From assembly GCA_043811735.1 (NCBI GenBank), contig JBDRMW010000127.1:1-54884 (forward strand): a stretch of DNA of 54,884 bases. Reading direction: 5' to 3'. This document shows, piece by piece, positions 54,834-54,884 of the stretch (within the stretch, counting starts at the first letter, position 1; each line of letters begins with the position of its first letter). This DNA comes from a bacterium. GTDB taxonomy: Bacteria > Elusimicrobiota > JBDRMW01. The notes under the pieces were generated by a model. The model was not told the DNA's origin. It saw only the letters and a program-made list of their open reading frames with translations, and did not search any database. The position numbers and the translations under genes are program-made.

Positions 54834-54884
54834 ATGGCATATGATATTATAATACTCCCTATAATTTGAGCCAGTTGTTAAGAT

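Noticed and set aside
1-54884. tRNA, rRNA, tmRNA, RNase P or SRP RNA genes.
   Set aside because: I scanned the intergenic regions by eye for T-loop (GGTTCGAAT-like) cloverleaf contexts, tag-peptide frames and the GGAAG...AGCAG SRP motif, and found none. This was not an exhaustive computational scan.

Overview
This is a 54.9-kb, moderately AT-rich, gene-dense bacterial chromosomal segment with about 47 protein genes, mostly in + strand operons. By eye I found no rRNA, tRNA, CRISPR array, transposase or integrase. Most of the content is housekeeping:
- an EPS-type asnB + GT4 pair
- a Crp/Fnr regulator followed by hisS
- a complete DapL-route lysine operon (lysA-dapF-dapA-dapB-x-dapL) running into folK-panB-hydrolase-panC, a HAMP protein, and nadA-nadX
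- a GAF-GAF-GGDEF-HD-GYP protein
- uvrA
- an envelope cluster (895-aa coiled-coil protein, M23 peptidase, rhomboid, LepB, HemW, GT2)
- an abnormally long PPDK, then rpiB
- a vWA lipoprotein, UDG family 4 and priA
- a DUF2723/TPR protein
- def-fmt-HEAT-DUF116-PASTA-rpe
- a class A beta-lactamase-like hydrolase

The accessory-looking, visibly more AT-rich insertions are two stand-alone AAA+/DUF4143 ATPases (4461, 26849) and a wHTH + nucleotidyltransferase pair (22804-23657). The pair and the second ATPase flank uvrA.

I did not find a convincing multi-gene novel system. The strongest unexplained signals are:
1. PPDK carries a second, catalytically degenerate copy of its C-terminal TIM-barrel domain.
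2. A conserved array of three phased TTTACA boxes plus a TATAAT-like hexamer recurs at three loci.
3. A 162-nt element closed by a perfect 20-bp inverted repeat sits between nadX and the GGDEF gene, and shares 11- and 12-mers with a 765-bp noncoding, repeat-rich region upstream of PPDK.
4. Several genes have a -10 hexamer 8-9 nt from the ATG, which suggests leaderless mRNAs.
5. Three genes are disrupted as assembled: panB by a frameshift in an A9 run, DUF2723/TPR by a frameshift, and a PorV-like outer membrane gene by an in-frame TAA.

All functional calls come from motif recognition in the translated ORFs. No database search was run.
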